DNA of 64,000 bases, taken from Parcubacteria group bacterium GW2011_GWC1_36_108. GTDB lineage: Bacteria > Patescibacteriota > Minisyncoccia > Moranbacterales > GWC2-37-73. How positions within the stretch are numbered: the stretch's first letter is position 1; each line of letters starts with the position of its first letter. This document shows positions 10,674 to 19,821 of this stretch, one piece after another. A program made the translations under genes and the position numbers. The notes beneath the pieces were generated by a model, which saw nothing but the letters and a program-made list of their open reading frames with translations, had not been told where the DNA came from and did no database searches. The stretch covers positions 108,141-172,140 of the forward strand of contig LBRD01000002.1 in NCBI GenBank assembly GCA_000991245.1. The letters are read 5' to 3'.

Positions 10674-11804
10674 TTGTGTTGTATGCTACATGATTCATGC
10701 TATATGAACCGAATGTCTTTTCTTAATAAAAAAATATTTAATGACAGTCTGGATGTTTTCGGATTGGATTTGAGCGATTTGTCTGTCAAAATTGTTAATC
10801 TCGAAAGTGATGGCACATCTGAATATGTGGCAAGTTATGCTACAGTAATGCTTGCTAATGGTGCAATAGTTGATGGAGAGATTCAGCAAAAAGATCAAGT
10901 TGTGGCTGCAATAAAAAAGGCAGTTGAAACTGTTGGGCCTGCAAAAATAAAAACCAAGAAGGTTATTTGCTCTTTGCCTGAAACAAAAGCATTCTTACGC
11001 ATTGTTTCAATTCCTCAAATGAGCGATGACGAGCTTAATGAGGCGGTAAAATGGGAAATGGAAGCCAACATCCCGCTTACGCTTGATCAAGTTTATTATG
11101 ATTGGCAGGTAATTCCAGCAGAACTTCTTTTTGAGAAGAATAAGGTAAATTTATTAGTAGTAGCAATTGCAAAAGCCGTTGTTGATCAAACGATAGAGGT
11201 TTTAGAATTGGCGGGATTGGAACCTGTTGGTTTGGAAATAGAATCAATAGCTCAAGCAAGGAGCTTGCTTTTAGAAAAAAATGAAAAGGAAACAATATTG
11301 GTGGTAGATATTGGAGATAGAAGGACTAGTTTTTCAGTTACCAAGGGCGGTGTACCATGCTTTACCTCAAGTATTCCTCTTTGCGGACAATCATTGACCG
11401 ATGTCATCTCAAAGGGGATGAATATTGGTTTTGAAGAAGCAGAAAAAATTAAAATTTCTTATGGTATTGGAGATGATTTCAAAAATGATACTCTTTTTAA
11501 ATCAGTGCAACCAGTTTTGGAAAACCTTTCTCAAGAGATAGAGCGTTCCATTGATTTTTTTGTCACAGGTCTTAAATATTCGGACGGTATTGATAAGATA
11601 ATAATCTGTGGTGGTGGAGCAAATACCAAAGGCATCGTGCCGTATTTATCGAAAAAATTAGGCAGAGAAATTCAACTTGGAAATCCATGGATAAATATGA
11701 ATCTCGGTAAAAATTTGCCAATAATTGAAAAAGGACATTCATTGCAGTTTTCAACAGCAGTAGGACTTGCTCTTAAAGGATTACATTATGAAGATATATC
11801 TTGA
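10674..11804 (+). CDS. pilM: Type IV pilus assembly protein PilM (actin-like ATPase fold)
   Basis: FGLDLSDLSVKIV ... VVDIGDRRTSFSV ... IIICGGGANTKG; real start may be a few codons downstream of 10674. Confidence 0.8.
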   Translation: MCCMLHDSCYMNRMSFLNKKIFNDSLDVFGLDLSDLSVKIVNLESDGTSEYVASYATVMLANGAIVDGEIQQKDQVVAAIKKAVETVGPAKIKTKKVICSLPETKAFLRIVSIPQMSDDELNEAVKWEMEANIPLTLDQVYYDWQVIPAELLFEKNKVNLLVVAIAKAVVDQTIEVLELAGLEPVGLEIESIAQARSLLLEKNEKETILVVDIGDRRTSFSVTKGGVPCFTSSIPLCGQSLTDVISKGMNIGFEEAEKIKISYGIGDDFKNDTLFKSVQPVLENLSQEIERSIDFFVTGLKYSDGIDKIIICGGGANTKGIVPYLSKKLGREIQLGNPWINMNLGKNLPIIEKGHSLQFSTAVGLALKGLHYEDIS

Positions 11805-12342
11805 TTTATTGCCAAAACAAAGAAAAACAGAATTAAAACGAAAAAAATTATTTCGCAGAATTTTGCGCGAGGAATTCTTGTTTTTACTCCCAATAATTTT
11901 GTTTATTATAATTTTGTTTAATATTTTTTATTTGCTTTCTATCGAGCGCAATGCTTCTATGGCTGCAAAATCACTAGCTGAATCACAAGATAAGTATCAA
12001 GAACTTAGTTTATATGAAGAAAAATTTAAACAAGTTAATGAAAATGCTTCAAAATTATTGAAAATTCAAGAAGGGCATTTTTATTGGGCGGAAATTTTTA
12101 ACAAACTGAGTGCTGCCACACCGGAAGAAATTGCGGTTACAGATTTTTCAACAAAAGATCGCAACATATATCTTGTTGGAAAAGCTAAGAGTCGCGATGT
12201 GCTTTTGGAATTTAAGGATGAACTTGAAAAAAACGAATGCTACGAAAATATAAATGTTCCACTGTCTAATCTTGTTGTGAAGAATGATATTGTTTTTCAA
12301 ATGGATTTCTTAATAAAAATGGATTGTCTAAAGAAAAAGTAA
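11767..12342 (+). CDS. pilN: PilN-like fimbrial assembly protein (N-terminal TM, coiled coil)
   Basis: Position after pilM; single TM then periplasmic coiled-coil region; 191 aa. Confidence 0.6.
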   Translation: MLLKDYIMKIYLDLLPKQRKTELKRKKLFRRILREEFLFLLPIILFIIILFNIFYLLSIERNASMAAKSLAESQDKYQELSLYEEKFKQVNENASKLLKIQEGHFYWAEIFNKLSAATPEEIAVTDFSTKDRNIYLVGKAKSRDVLLEFKDELEKNECYENINVPLSNLVVKNDIVFQMDFLIKMDCLKKK

Positions 12343-13019
12343 TGAAGAATTTTTTACACAAACAACGTGAAATTATCGCAATATTGGCTTATGTGGCAGT
12401 TGTTGTTGGTATTATTTATTTTGCTATTTTTCCCTTACTTGGTCGTATAAGCAATATTAATGATGAGATTCAACAAGAAGCAATGAAACAAGAAAGTGTA
12501 AAATTGCATATTGAACAACTTCCAAAAATACAAAAACAATATGAAGCATTGCAAGCAAGCGGAGATTTGATGGATGTTCTTTTGAATAAGGACAAAGCGG
12601 TTGTTTTAATAGAGAGACTTGAAAAGTTAGCTGATAGTACCGGCAATGAAATAACAATCGCAGTACAACAGGACACTGCGCCCATCAAAAAAACTCAAAC
12701 AAAAACAGCAACAACTGCCGCTGTCGAGGATACGCTTGTTGCGAATCTACCAAGCACTGATTATCTAGAAATGAAAATAAGTTTAAATGGAAGCTACAAT
12801 TCTATTATTGAATTTATTGATTTGCTTGAAAAATTTGAATATTACGCTGATATTATTGAAATTAAAATTAATAAAGAAGAGGCGAACGCATCAACCGCAA
12901 ATAGCGCAACTGTTGGAATGTTTTCACGATCGTCATCTGTTGCAAGTAAGCAATCCGAAACACCCTTGAAAAAAGGGGAGTTGGCAGCTTCCTTGGGAGT
13001 GGTATTTTATACGAATTAA
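12324..13019 (+). CDS. pilO: PilO-like pilus assembly protein
   Basis: Single N-terminal TM, coiled coil, position after pilN; 231 aa. Confidence 0.55.
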   Translation: MSKEKVMKNFLHKQREIIAILAYVAVVVGIIYFAIFPLLGRISNINDEIQQEAMKQESVKLHIEQLPKIQKQYEALQASGDLMDVLLNKDKAVVLIERLEKLADSTGNEITIAVQQDTAPIKKTQTKTATTAAVEDTLVANLPSTDYLEMKISLNGSYNSIIEFIDLLEKFEYYADIIEIKINKEEANASTANSATVGMFSRSSSVASKQSETPLKKGELAASLGVVFYTN

Positions 13020-13031
13020 TTATACGAATAT

Positions 13032-13352
13032 ATGCAATTTGATTTTAAAAAATTAACAACGAACAATGGGCAGCTCTTTTCTTCAGTTGTAATTTTTTGG
13101 CAAAGAATTTATAAAACAGTTTTCTTTATTTTTCTAGCAATAGTAATTCTATTGAGTGGATATGTGTGGCAAAGAAGTTTATCTGGAGGACAATGGAGCG
13201 CAGAAAAAAAACAGGAGTTTCTGGATGCACAAAATAAGGGCGTGGTTTTTAAGGAAAGTGTTTTTAACAAGGCACTTTCAGATGTGGAGCTGCGAAAACA
13301 AGAAAGCATTAATGAGAATAAGGAAATAAAAGATATCTTTAAAGATTACTAG
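13032..13352 (+). CDS. Small membrane protein, hypothetical (last gene of pilus block)
   Basis: 106 aa; one TM segment; no recognisable motif. Confidence 0.4.
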   Translation: MQFDFKKLTTNNGQLFSSVVIFWQRIYKTVFFIFLAIVILLSGYVWQRSLSGGQWSAEKKQEFLDAQNKGVVFKESVFNKALSDVELRKQESINENKEIKDIFKDY

Positions 13353-13390
13353 TATTTTATTATTAGACTCAAAGCCCTTATAACACAAAA

Positions 13391-13416
13391 AACTTCAATT
13401 AAAATTGAAGTTTTTT
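13391..13416. terminator. Bidirectional hairpin terminator between the pilus block and the tRNA cluster
   Basis: aacttcaatt-aaa-attgaagtt palindrome followed by a T-run on the + strand and T-rich on the - strand. Confidence 0.6.
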
Positions 13417-13422
13417 CTTTTG

Positions 13423-13496
13423 TGCGCCTTGAGAGATTCGAACTCCCGACCTATTGTTCCGAAGACAATCGCTCTATCCAGCTGAGCTAAAGGCGC
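13423..13496 (-). tRNA. tRNA-Arg (anticodon TCG)
   Basis: GCGCCTTTAGCTCAGCTGGATAGAGCGATTGTCTTCGGAACAATAGGTCGGGAGTTCGAATCTCTCAAGGCGCA; clean cloverleaf, anticodon loop CTTCGGA. Confidence 0.85.
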
Positions 13497-13531
13497 AAAA
13501 TCCTCGAATTTTTTTTGTGAAATATGTGCTG

Positions 13532-13604
13532 GGCGAGTACTGGGAATCGAACCCAAATTCTCGGTACCACAAACCGATGTCTTAACCGTTAGACGATACC
13601 CGCC
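13532..13604 (-). tRNA. tRNA-His (anticodon GTG) with genomically encoded G-1
   Basis: G-1 GCGGGTATCGTCTAACGGTTAAGACATCGGTTTGTGGTACCGAG...GGGTTCGATTCCCAGTACTCGCC; G-1 pairs with C73. Confidence 0.85.
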
Positions 13605-13670
13605 ATATTGAAATGGAAACTTCTTTTTGTTTAGAAATTAAAAATTAAAAATTAAAAATTTCTTAACATG

Positions 13671-13742
13671 TACCCCCACCAGGAATCGAACCTAGATCTT
13701 CAGCTTAGAAGGCTATTGCTCTATCCGTTGAGCTATGGGGGC
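13671..13742 (-). tRNA. tRNA-Arg (anticodon TCT)
   Basis: GCCCCCATAGCTCAACGGATAGAGCAATAGCCTTCTAAGCTGAAGATCTAGGTTCGATTCCTGGTGGGGGTA; G1-U72 wobble and a weak 27-43 pair lower confidence. Confidence 0.7.
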
Positions 13743-13780
13743 TCTGTTGTGCAACGTTGGACGCAAAGCGTCTTACGTTG

Positions 13781-13853
13781 TGGGTTATGCAGGATTCGAA
13801 CCTGCGACCGTCGGCTTAAGAGGCCGCTGCTCTACCAACTGAGCTAATAACCC
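13781..13853 (-). tRNA. tRNA-Lys (anticodon CTT)
   Basis: GGGTTATTAGCTCAGTTGGTAGAGCAGCGGCCTCTTAAGCCGACGGTCGCAGGTTCGAATCCTGCATAACCCA. Confidence 0.8.
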
Positions 13854-13923
13854 AATTTTTTAACAACTAGCCAAGTATATCAGCTTTTTTGCACTTAGTC
13901 AATCCACATAATTCCACAGTTGC

Positions 13924-15231
13924 CTAGTTCTTTTCAGCAGCTCTTGCCATATCGCGCAATGTTTTTTTGTATGCCTTCCACTCATCTTCTGACCAATTGG
14001 ATGGTTTGGCGCTAAGGGTTGGTCCACCTGGATGCGGATATTTATACGGCGATCCGTATGAACTGTTAAAGACATCTGTGATAAATTCACTGCCATCACT
14101 TTTGAAAACATGTTGGGTAAAGTGTGCCTTGAGTGAGCCATCAGGCTGTCTGTCTGTGGTATATGGCCCATCGACTGTAATTTTTCTTCCATCATCAGTT
14201 CCATAAAAACTAAAAGTAAGTTGAGTGCCCTCTATTTTTGCCTGGATTAATATATGGTTTGGGGTGTTGTTAATAAATCTTAAATCAGGATTAGGGACAT
14301 AGATAGTCGAATCCATTCCTTGTGGATTGTAATATGAAACTGGGTAGGCGTGATTTCTTCGCGCTGTTATTTTTAAGCCTGAATAAATGGCGGCCCTAAA
14401 AGCTGTGGTTGAGACCTGGCAAACTCCTCCACCAAATTCAGGTTCGGTTACACCTTGTTTGATTACAAGTTCAGGAAGATAACCATGCTCAGCATCAACC
14501 TCGCCAAGATTTTTCACAAATGAGAACTCCTCTCCTGGTTTAATAAGTAGACCATTAAATCTTCGAGTTGCAACTTTAATGTTAAAAACTCTATTGCTAG
14601 GAGATCCCTTAAAATTAGAAGTTCCTTCACCGATAAGAGATGAGATTCCAAGATCATTAACATCTCCATAATTTGTGTCAGATTTTTTTATGTCAAAAGG
14701 CAGTGCTATGTTCTGCTCAGTTTTGAAATTGTATTTATTTAGAGCATCTGTGATAACTTCGAGACTTTTTTCTATATTAAGGGTTATTCCTTTTTGAGAT
14801 TCTGAAAAAGTGACAACTTTGCCATTTTCCACTTTAAATTTTGCTTCTATTGGATCCTTATTTACTTTTCTCGCCAAATCTTCAAGGTAGGATTGAATAG
14901 CTTGTGTGTCTATGTTTGGCTGAGAGGATAATTGCAGGTGTTGGCGTTGAATTTTGGTAAGTGTGAGTTCACAAAAAAGTTTGTTGACCGGACAAAATGA
15001 AGCATTTTCAAATTCTCCTTTTGCGCTTGGTGAAAGTGAAAAAGAAGTGGTATAAAAAACCCACTTATTAAGCAGATCATCCGACACAACTTCCGAATAT
15101 TGATCAACAGAGAGTGTTGTGGTTGGAGCGCTGGCTGTTTTTGTTACAGCTTGGTCTTCGGCAGCTGAAACTGCACAGCCAATTGTAAGAAAAATTACGA
15201 TTAAAAATGCTGTGTAGGAATATTTACGCAT
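13924..15231 (-). CDS. Secreted VanW-family protein
   Basis: Signal peptide MRKYSYTAFLIVIFLTIGCAVSA (start 15231 preferred over ORF-track 15324); VanW hallmark GGGVCQVSTTAFRAA. Confidence 0.75.
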   Translation of the reverse strand: MRKYSYTAFLIVIFLTIGCAVSAAEDQAVTKTASAPTTTLSVDQYSEVVSDDLLNKWVFYTTSFSLSPSAKGEFENASFCPVNKLFCELTLTKIQRQHLQLSSQPNIDTQAIQSYLEDLARKVNKDPIEAKFKVENGKVVTFSESQKGITLNIEKSLEVITDALNKYNFKTEQNIALPFDIKKSDTNYGDVNDLGISSLIGEGTSNFKGSPSNRVFNIKVATRRFNGLLIKPGEEFSFVKNLGEVDAEHGYLPELVIKQGVTEPEFGGGVCQVSTTAFRAAIYSGLKITARRNHAYPVSYYNPQGMDSTIYVPNPDLRFINNTPNHILIQAKIEGTQLTFSFYGTDDGRKITVDGPYTTDRQPDGSLKAHFTQHVFKSDGSEFITDVFNSSYGSPYKYPHPGGPTLSAKPSNWSEDEWKAYKKTLRDMARAAEKN

Positions 15232-15261
15232 AAGTTTAGCATACTGCAAAATTTGGAATAT

Positions 15262-15460
15262 AACAAGAGTATAATATAGGAATTGGGAATTAGGTTGTAG
15301 GTAGTAGGAAATACAAAAATACAAAAAAATATAGGGGTTAGGTTGTAGGAATTAGGAGTTAGGTCGCAAAAAAAAGGGGGGGGTAGTAAAAAATAAAAAA
15401 TTCAGCTACAAGCTGAATTTTTTATTTTCTAATTCCTACGACCTAACTCCTAATTCCTGC
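15262..15460. repeat. Composite GT-rich repeat region forming a long inverted repeat (ggaattaggagttaggtcg ... cgacctaactcctaattcc) around a central stem-loop
   Basis: Contains ggaattgggaattaggttgtaggtagtaggaaatacaaaaatacaaa, a G-run, aattcagctacaagctgaatt hairpin, then the inverted arm. Confidence 0.6.
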
Positions 15461-15461
15461 T

Positions 15462-15971
15462 TTAGAATCCACGAACTTGGATACGTTTGATTTTTGTTGT
15501 GTCTGCTTTTGGTAGGCGGATAGTTAGGATGCCGTTTTTAAGTGATGCCTCTGCTTTGTCAGAAATGATATCAACAGGAAGAACAACAGAACGTGAAAAA
15601 TGACCCCAGTAGCATTCTTGGTAATAATAGTTTTCACCGTTTACAATTTCTTCATTCTTTCTTTCACCCTTAATGGTTACCATATCGTTGTTAATCGAAA
15701 CATCCAAATCTTCAGGCTTCACACCTGCAATGGTTGATTTGATAACAATTTCAGTGTCAGTTTGATACACATCAATTGTAAGCTGGCCTTCTGCATCAGA
15801 AGAAAAATTCTCTTCTTCCACAAAAACAGAGCGTTGAGGTTGAGCGTTCATAATCATTTCGGTTTCTTCCTCTTCGGCATAAATAGGCATAGTTGATTCT
15901 CTTCTTTCGTCTGGTTCAATTGATGTTGCCCCAGTTACGCGTTCAAAAAATGATTTTTTTGTTTTCAACAT
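15462..15971 (-). CDS. Hsp20 / alpha-crystallin family small heat-shock protein
   Basis: Alpha-crystallin domain: LTIDVYQTDTEIVIKSTIAGVKPEDLDVSI ... GILTIRLPK. Confidence 0.85.
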   Translation of the reverse strand: MLKTKKSFFERVTGATSIEPDERRESTMPIYAEEEETEMIMNAQPQRSVFVEEENFSSDAEGQLTIDVYQTDTEIVIKSTIAGVKPEDLDVSINNDMVTIKGERKNEEIVNGENYYYQECYWGHFSRSVVLPVDIISDKAEASLKNGILTIRLPKADTTKIKRIQVRGF

Positions 15972-16059
15972 AATAAATTTTATGTAAATCTTTGATCAAA
16001 ATGACCAATGATTTCCCCCTGTTTAAAAATTAAGTTATATGAATATTATATGATGATTT

Positions 16060-16656
16060 TCAGTCCCGCGCAAGTCGAGTATTAATTCTGATGAAATTGA
16101 TAATGTTAATAAAGATCAGTAGCCCAAGTAGGGTAAAAATTGCGTAGTTTAAAATAAGTGTGCGATCTAGGATTAAAAGGTTGTATGCACTATGAAAAAA
16201 AACGACCAATATTGTGGCATAAATAGCTGTGCTTAGTTTTTTGGGATTTTTTATTGCGGTAATGTATCCAATAAGGCCGGCAGTTCCAATGTGGATGGTT
16301 GCGATTTCAGCCAAGAACTTGGCATCAGGTATGATTCCTGTTGCTATGATTAAAATCAGTTCAACTGAAAAAAATCCGATACCAACCAAGAATGAATTTG
16401 TTAAATATGATCTTCCAAATGATAGCATTTCGATTCGTCTGGAAATTACAATATATTTGAAAACTTCCTCCACGAAAACCCCAATGATAATAAACTGGGG
16501 GATTATAAAAAGTTGTAAAAAGGAAATGTTGGATGGCTGGCTGGATCGTATTGAAAAACCGATAAAAATTATCAGCTCCACAATAAGTGCGCCCAATGCC
16601 GCGATTATTCCCCAGAAAAATGATTCAAGTTTTGTCATTAGGGATTGCTCAATCAA
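16060..16656 (-). CDS. PrsW-family intramembrane protease-like membrane protein
   Basis: Polytopic; EEVFKY (EExxK) and FFHSAYNLL (FxxxH...HxxxN-like) motifs. Confidence 0.5.
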   Translation of the reverse strand: MIEQSLMTKLESFFWGIIAALGALIVELIIFIGFSIRSSQPSNISFLQLFIIPQFIIIGVFVEEVFKYIVISRRIEMLSFGRSYLTNSFLVGIGFFSVELILIIATGIIPDAKFLAEIATIHIGTAGLIGYITAIKNPKKLSTAIYATILVVFFHSAYNLLILDRTLILNYAIFTLLGLLIFINIINFIRINTRLARD

Positions 16657-16694
16657 TTAGAATTTTTTAAAAATTTTATTCTCTGGAAACTTTT

Positions 16695-19328
16695 TTACTT
16701 TAGTGAGGCTAGATGTTTTTTGAGTTCGGCTAGCTCAGCTTGTTTTTTGGCGAGCGTTTCTTTTTGCTGAGAAATTACCTGCTCGGGAGCTTTGGAAACA
16801 AATTCTTTATTACCAAGTCTTGTTGATGAACCAGTGATGAATTTTTCAAGATTAGCTATTTCTTTTTCAGCTTTTGTTCTTTCCAGCTCAACATCAATAA
16901 GGCCGACAAGCGGAATTTTTATGATGCATTCTCCCACAACTCTCTGAATGAAGCCGCCAATCAATATTTCGTTAAATTTTATAACAGAAACTCCTGCTGA
17001 TTTTTTTATGAAATCTGCGTTTTCCAAGATGACTTTTTCAGATGATGCAGAAGCTGTTTCCACCCAAAGCTCTATTTTTTTGGCGGATTCTATGTTTTTT
17101 TCTTTTCTAACATTACGTATTGTTTTGTTGAGCGATAGTACAAATGGAAAATATGAAGAGGTTTTTGCTTGCTTGCTTTCTTCATAAGCTGGCCACTTTG
17201 AAATCATTAACAATTCTTTTTCTCCTGCCAAAGTCCAAATATGTTCCGTCACGAATGGAATAAAAGGATGCCATAATTTGAGCAATTTATCCAAAACATA
17301 ACCAAGTACCTTGTCATTCTTCTCTATTTTTTGAGTTTCAATGTATCCATCTGCAAAAGAATTCCACGTGAAAGTTTTTAATAAATCAGCTGCAACAGAG
17401 ATTTGTTTGCTTTCAAATAATTGATTTGTTTTTCCAATTAATTCATTTAAGCTGTCAGTAATCCAGCGGTCTGCCTCTGAGTTTATATCTTCCTTCGAAA
17501 TCTCTTCAACCAGTTTGAAATTTTCTTGCGAGAGGCAGTAGCGCGAAATGTTCCAAAGTTTGTTGGCAAAATTTCGGAAGGTTTCAATTTTTTCTTCGTA
17601 TAGACGTGAGTTTTGACCAGGAGCAGAGTCCATAATCAAACTCATACGCAATGCATCGGCGCCAAATTTTTCAATAACAGTAAGTGGATCGATTCCATTT
17701 CCTCTGGATTTGGAAAATTTGTGACCATCTTTGTCAAGCACCAGCCCAGTGAAAAATAAATTTTTAAAGGGTATTTTTCCTGTCGTGTATAGACTCATCA
17801 TTATCATTCGCGATGACCAAAAAAACAAAAGGTCGCGACCCATTACCATTGTGTTTGTCGGATAAAACATTTCAAAATCTTTTTCTTTTGATTTTAGTGT
17901 GGTATATGCCCATTGCGAAGAGGTGAACCATGTGTCGAAAGTGTTTTCATCTTGAACCACCGCTCCGCCACAATGTGGACAGCTGTCAATTTTTTCAATG
18001 GAAATTATTGGTTCACTGCATTTTGGTTGTGAGTTGTGAGTTGTAAGTTGTGAGTTAGTGCAATACCAAACAGGGAATTGTGGACCCCACCAAATTTGGC
18101 GAGAAATGCACCAGTCGCGCATATTATCAAACCAGTCGATGAGAATTTTTTGAAAATTATTTGGAAAAATTTCAATTTCATTTTTTTTGATAGCTTCAAT
18201 TGCTTTCTTTTTCAGGGAAAAGTTTTTAGCATCAACATTGATAAACCATTGGTTTGAAGTCAAAGGTTCAATAATTGTTTTGCAACGTTCGCAAATTGAA
18301 ACGCTGTGTGTCATCTCTTCAATTTTTTCCAGTAAGTTTAATTTTTCCAAATCTTTGATGATCTCTTCTCTTGCTTCGTGCACCGTAAGACCTGCATATT
18401 TTCCGCCAAGTTCAGTGATTAAAGCTTTTTCATCAATGATTTGGATTTCCTCTAACTTGTGATCTTTGCCAATCTCCCAGTCGAGAGGATCGTGAGATGG
18501 TGTGATTTTTACAGCTCCAGTTCCAAATGACAAATCAATTCGTTTATCTGCAATAATTGGAATGATCGTATTTTGAAGTGGTAGAATAATATTTTTCCCA
18601 ACTAATTTTGAATAGCGTTTGTCTTTAGGATTAACCGCTACAGCAGTGTCACCAAGCATTGTTTCGGGACGCGTTGTTGCAACCGTAATAAAATCGGTTG
18701 AATTCTCAATCGGATATTTGATAAAATATAGTTTTCCAGGAGTTTCTTTGTGCAAAACTTCCACATCGGAAAGTGCGGTTCCACAGCGCGGGCACCAATT
18801 TATTATTCTTTTGCCTTTATAAATCAAGCCATCTTCGTGCATTTTCACAAAAGTTTCAAGTGCGGTTTTGAGCACATCTGGATCAAGAGTAAATTTTTCT
18901 CGTGACCAATCAGCAGAGATTCCAATTTTCTTTTCTTGGCTGCGCATATAATCTGCACGATCAATACAAAAGGCATAAGTTTTTTTGTAAAAATCTTCGC
19001 GTCCAATTTCTTGGCGAGAAAGTCCTTTTTCAGCTTGCAATTTTTTTTCAAAAACAACCTGCGTCTGAATTCCAGCATGATCTTTCCCAGGGAGAAGTAA
19101 GGTTTTTTTGCCATTCATACGAGCCCAGCGACCAAAAATATCCATCACAGTGTATCCACTGGCATGCCCAATGTGCAGTTCGCCATTAGCATTTGGCGGC
19201 GGAAGAATATTGCAATATGTTTCTTTTGAATCTATATTGTCAGGATTAAAATATCCGCTTTTCTCCCAGCGAGCATAAATTTCATTCTCAATTTTTTGTG
19301 GCTCGTATATTTTTGGAAGTTCTTTCAT
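16695..19328 (-). CDS. valS: Valyl-tRNA synthetase, carrying an in-frame heptamer-repeat insertion
   Basis: PPPNANGELHIGHA (HIGH), GKDHAGIQTQ, KFSKS (KMSKS), C-terminal coiled coil; 877 aa. Confidence 0.85.
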   Translation of the reverse strand: MKELPKIYEPQKIENEIYARWEKSGYFNPDNIDSKETYCNILPPPNANGELHIGHASGYTVMDIFGRWARMNGKKTLLLPGKDHAGIQTQVVFEKKLQAEKGLSRQEIGREDFYKKTYAFCIDRADYMRSQEKKIGISADWSREKFTLDPDVLKTALETFVKMHEDGLIYKGKRIINWCPRCGTALSDVEVLHKETPGKLYFIKYPIENSTDFITVATTRPETMLGDTAVAVNPKDKRYSKLVGKNIILPLQNTIIPIIADKRIDLSFGTGAVKITPSHDPLDWEIGKDHKLEEIQIIDEKALITELGGKYAGLTVHEAREEIIKDLEKLNLLEKIEEMTHSVSICERCKTIIEPLTSNQWFINVDAKNFSLKKKAIEAIKKNEIEIFPNNFQKILIDWFDNMRDWCISRQIWWGPQFPVWYCTNSQLTTHNSQPKCSEPIISIEKIDSCPHCGGAVVQDENTFDTWFTSSQWAYTTLKSKEKDFEMFYPTNTMVMGRDLLFFWSSRMIMMSLYTTGKIPFKNLFFTGLVLDKDGHKFSKSRGNGIDPLTVIEKFGADALRMSLIMDSAPGQNSRLYEEKIETFRNFANKLWNISRYCLSQENFKLVEEISKEDINSEADRWITDSLNELIGKTNQLFESKQISVAADLLKTFTWNSFADGYIETQKIEKNDKVLGYVLDKLLKLWHPFIPFVTEHIWTLAGEKELLMISKWPAYEESKQAKTSSYFPFVLSLNKTIRNVRKEKNIESAKKIELWVETASASSEKVILENADFIKKSAGVSVIKFNEILIGGFIQRVVGECIIKIPLVGLIDVELERTKAEKEIANLEKFITGSSTRLGNKEFVSKAPEQVISQQKETLAKKQAELAELKKHLASLK
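18025..18060. repeat. Heptamer tandem repeat (GTTGTGA)n inside the valS coding sequence, in frame
   Basis: ggttgtgagttgtgagttgtaagttgtgagttagtg; translated on the minus strand as NSQLTTHNSQP. Confidence 0.6.
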
Positions 19329-19437
19329 GTTTTTTCTTTATATAAAAGCTTTAATATGTATTTATCTTAGCAGGATAAGGGATATTTTTCAAGAATGTAA
19401 ATGCGGAAAGGGCGATTGTGATACAATCGCCCTTTTT

Positions 19438-19761
19438 TTAGGGTTGCGTTAACTCCTCAACTATCGCGTCCCTTAGTTCCTGCGAAAGTGAGGACTTTTG
19501 AATTTGCAACACAAATAATTTGATGTCTTTTCCAAGAGTCTCCGTTATAAATGTTGACAGGAGAATTTGAGGTTGCAACTCTTTGCTGTCGGAAAATATT
19601 TCTCCGAGCTGTTGAATGTAATGACCTGTAGCATTCATTGTTACATCTTCCTTGAATATGTCAGCACATTCTTTGATGGATCTAATTAGTGAGGGATCTC
19701 CGTTAGTAGCTACATAGACTTGATAAAGCATTCTTGCAATCGTGCTCATTTTAGGTCTCAT
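19438..19761 (-). CDS. Hypothetical protein
   Basis: 107-aa ORF, no motif recognised. Confidence 0.4.
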   Translation of the reverse strand: MRPKMSTIARMLYQVYVATNGDPSLIRSIKECADIFKEDVTMNATGHYIQQLGEIFSDSKELQPQILLSTFITETLGKDIKLFVLQIQKSSLSQELRDAIVEELTQP

Positions 19762-19821
19762 GCTGACCCTCCTTTTAAGTTGCTAATATTATGGTATCTC
19801 TATATCTATCTTTGCACATAT

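Noticed and set aside
13621-13670. Short periodic repeats (aaattaaaaattaaaaattaaaaatt) and similar AT repeats considered as CRISPR-like arrays
   Set aside because: Units are 6-12 nt with no spacers and no cas genes; this is simple AT-rich tandem repetition, not CRISPR.
16229-16660. ORF 16229..16660 (+)
   Set aside because: Antisense to the PrsW-like membrane protein gene, which has the better motif support.
19392-19437. Plus-strand terminator-like hairpin (aagggcgattgt-gat-acaatcgccctt + T7) with no plus-strand gene upstream
   Set aside because: Probably serves the convergent minus-strand genes or insulates the valS promoter; nothing further to infer from sequence alone.
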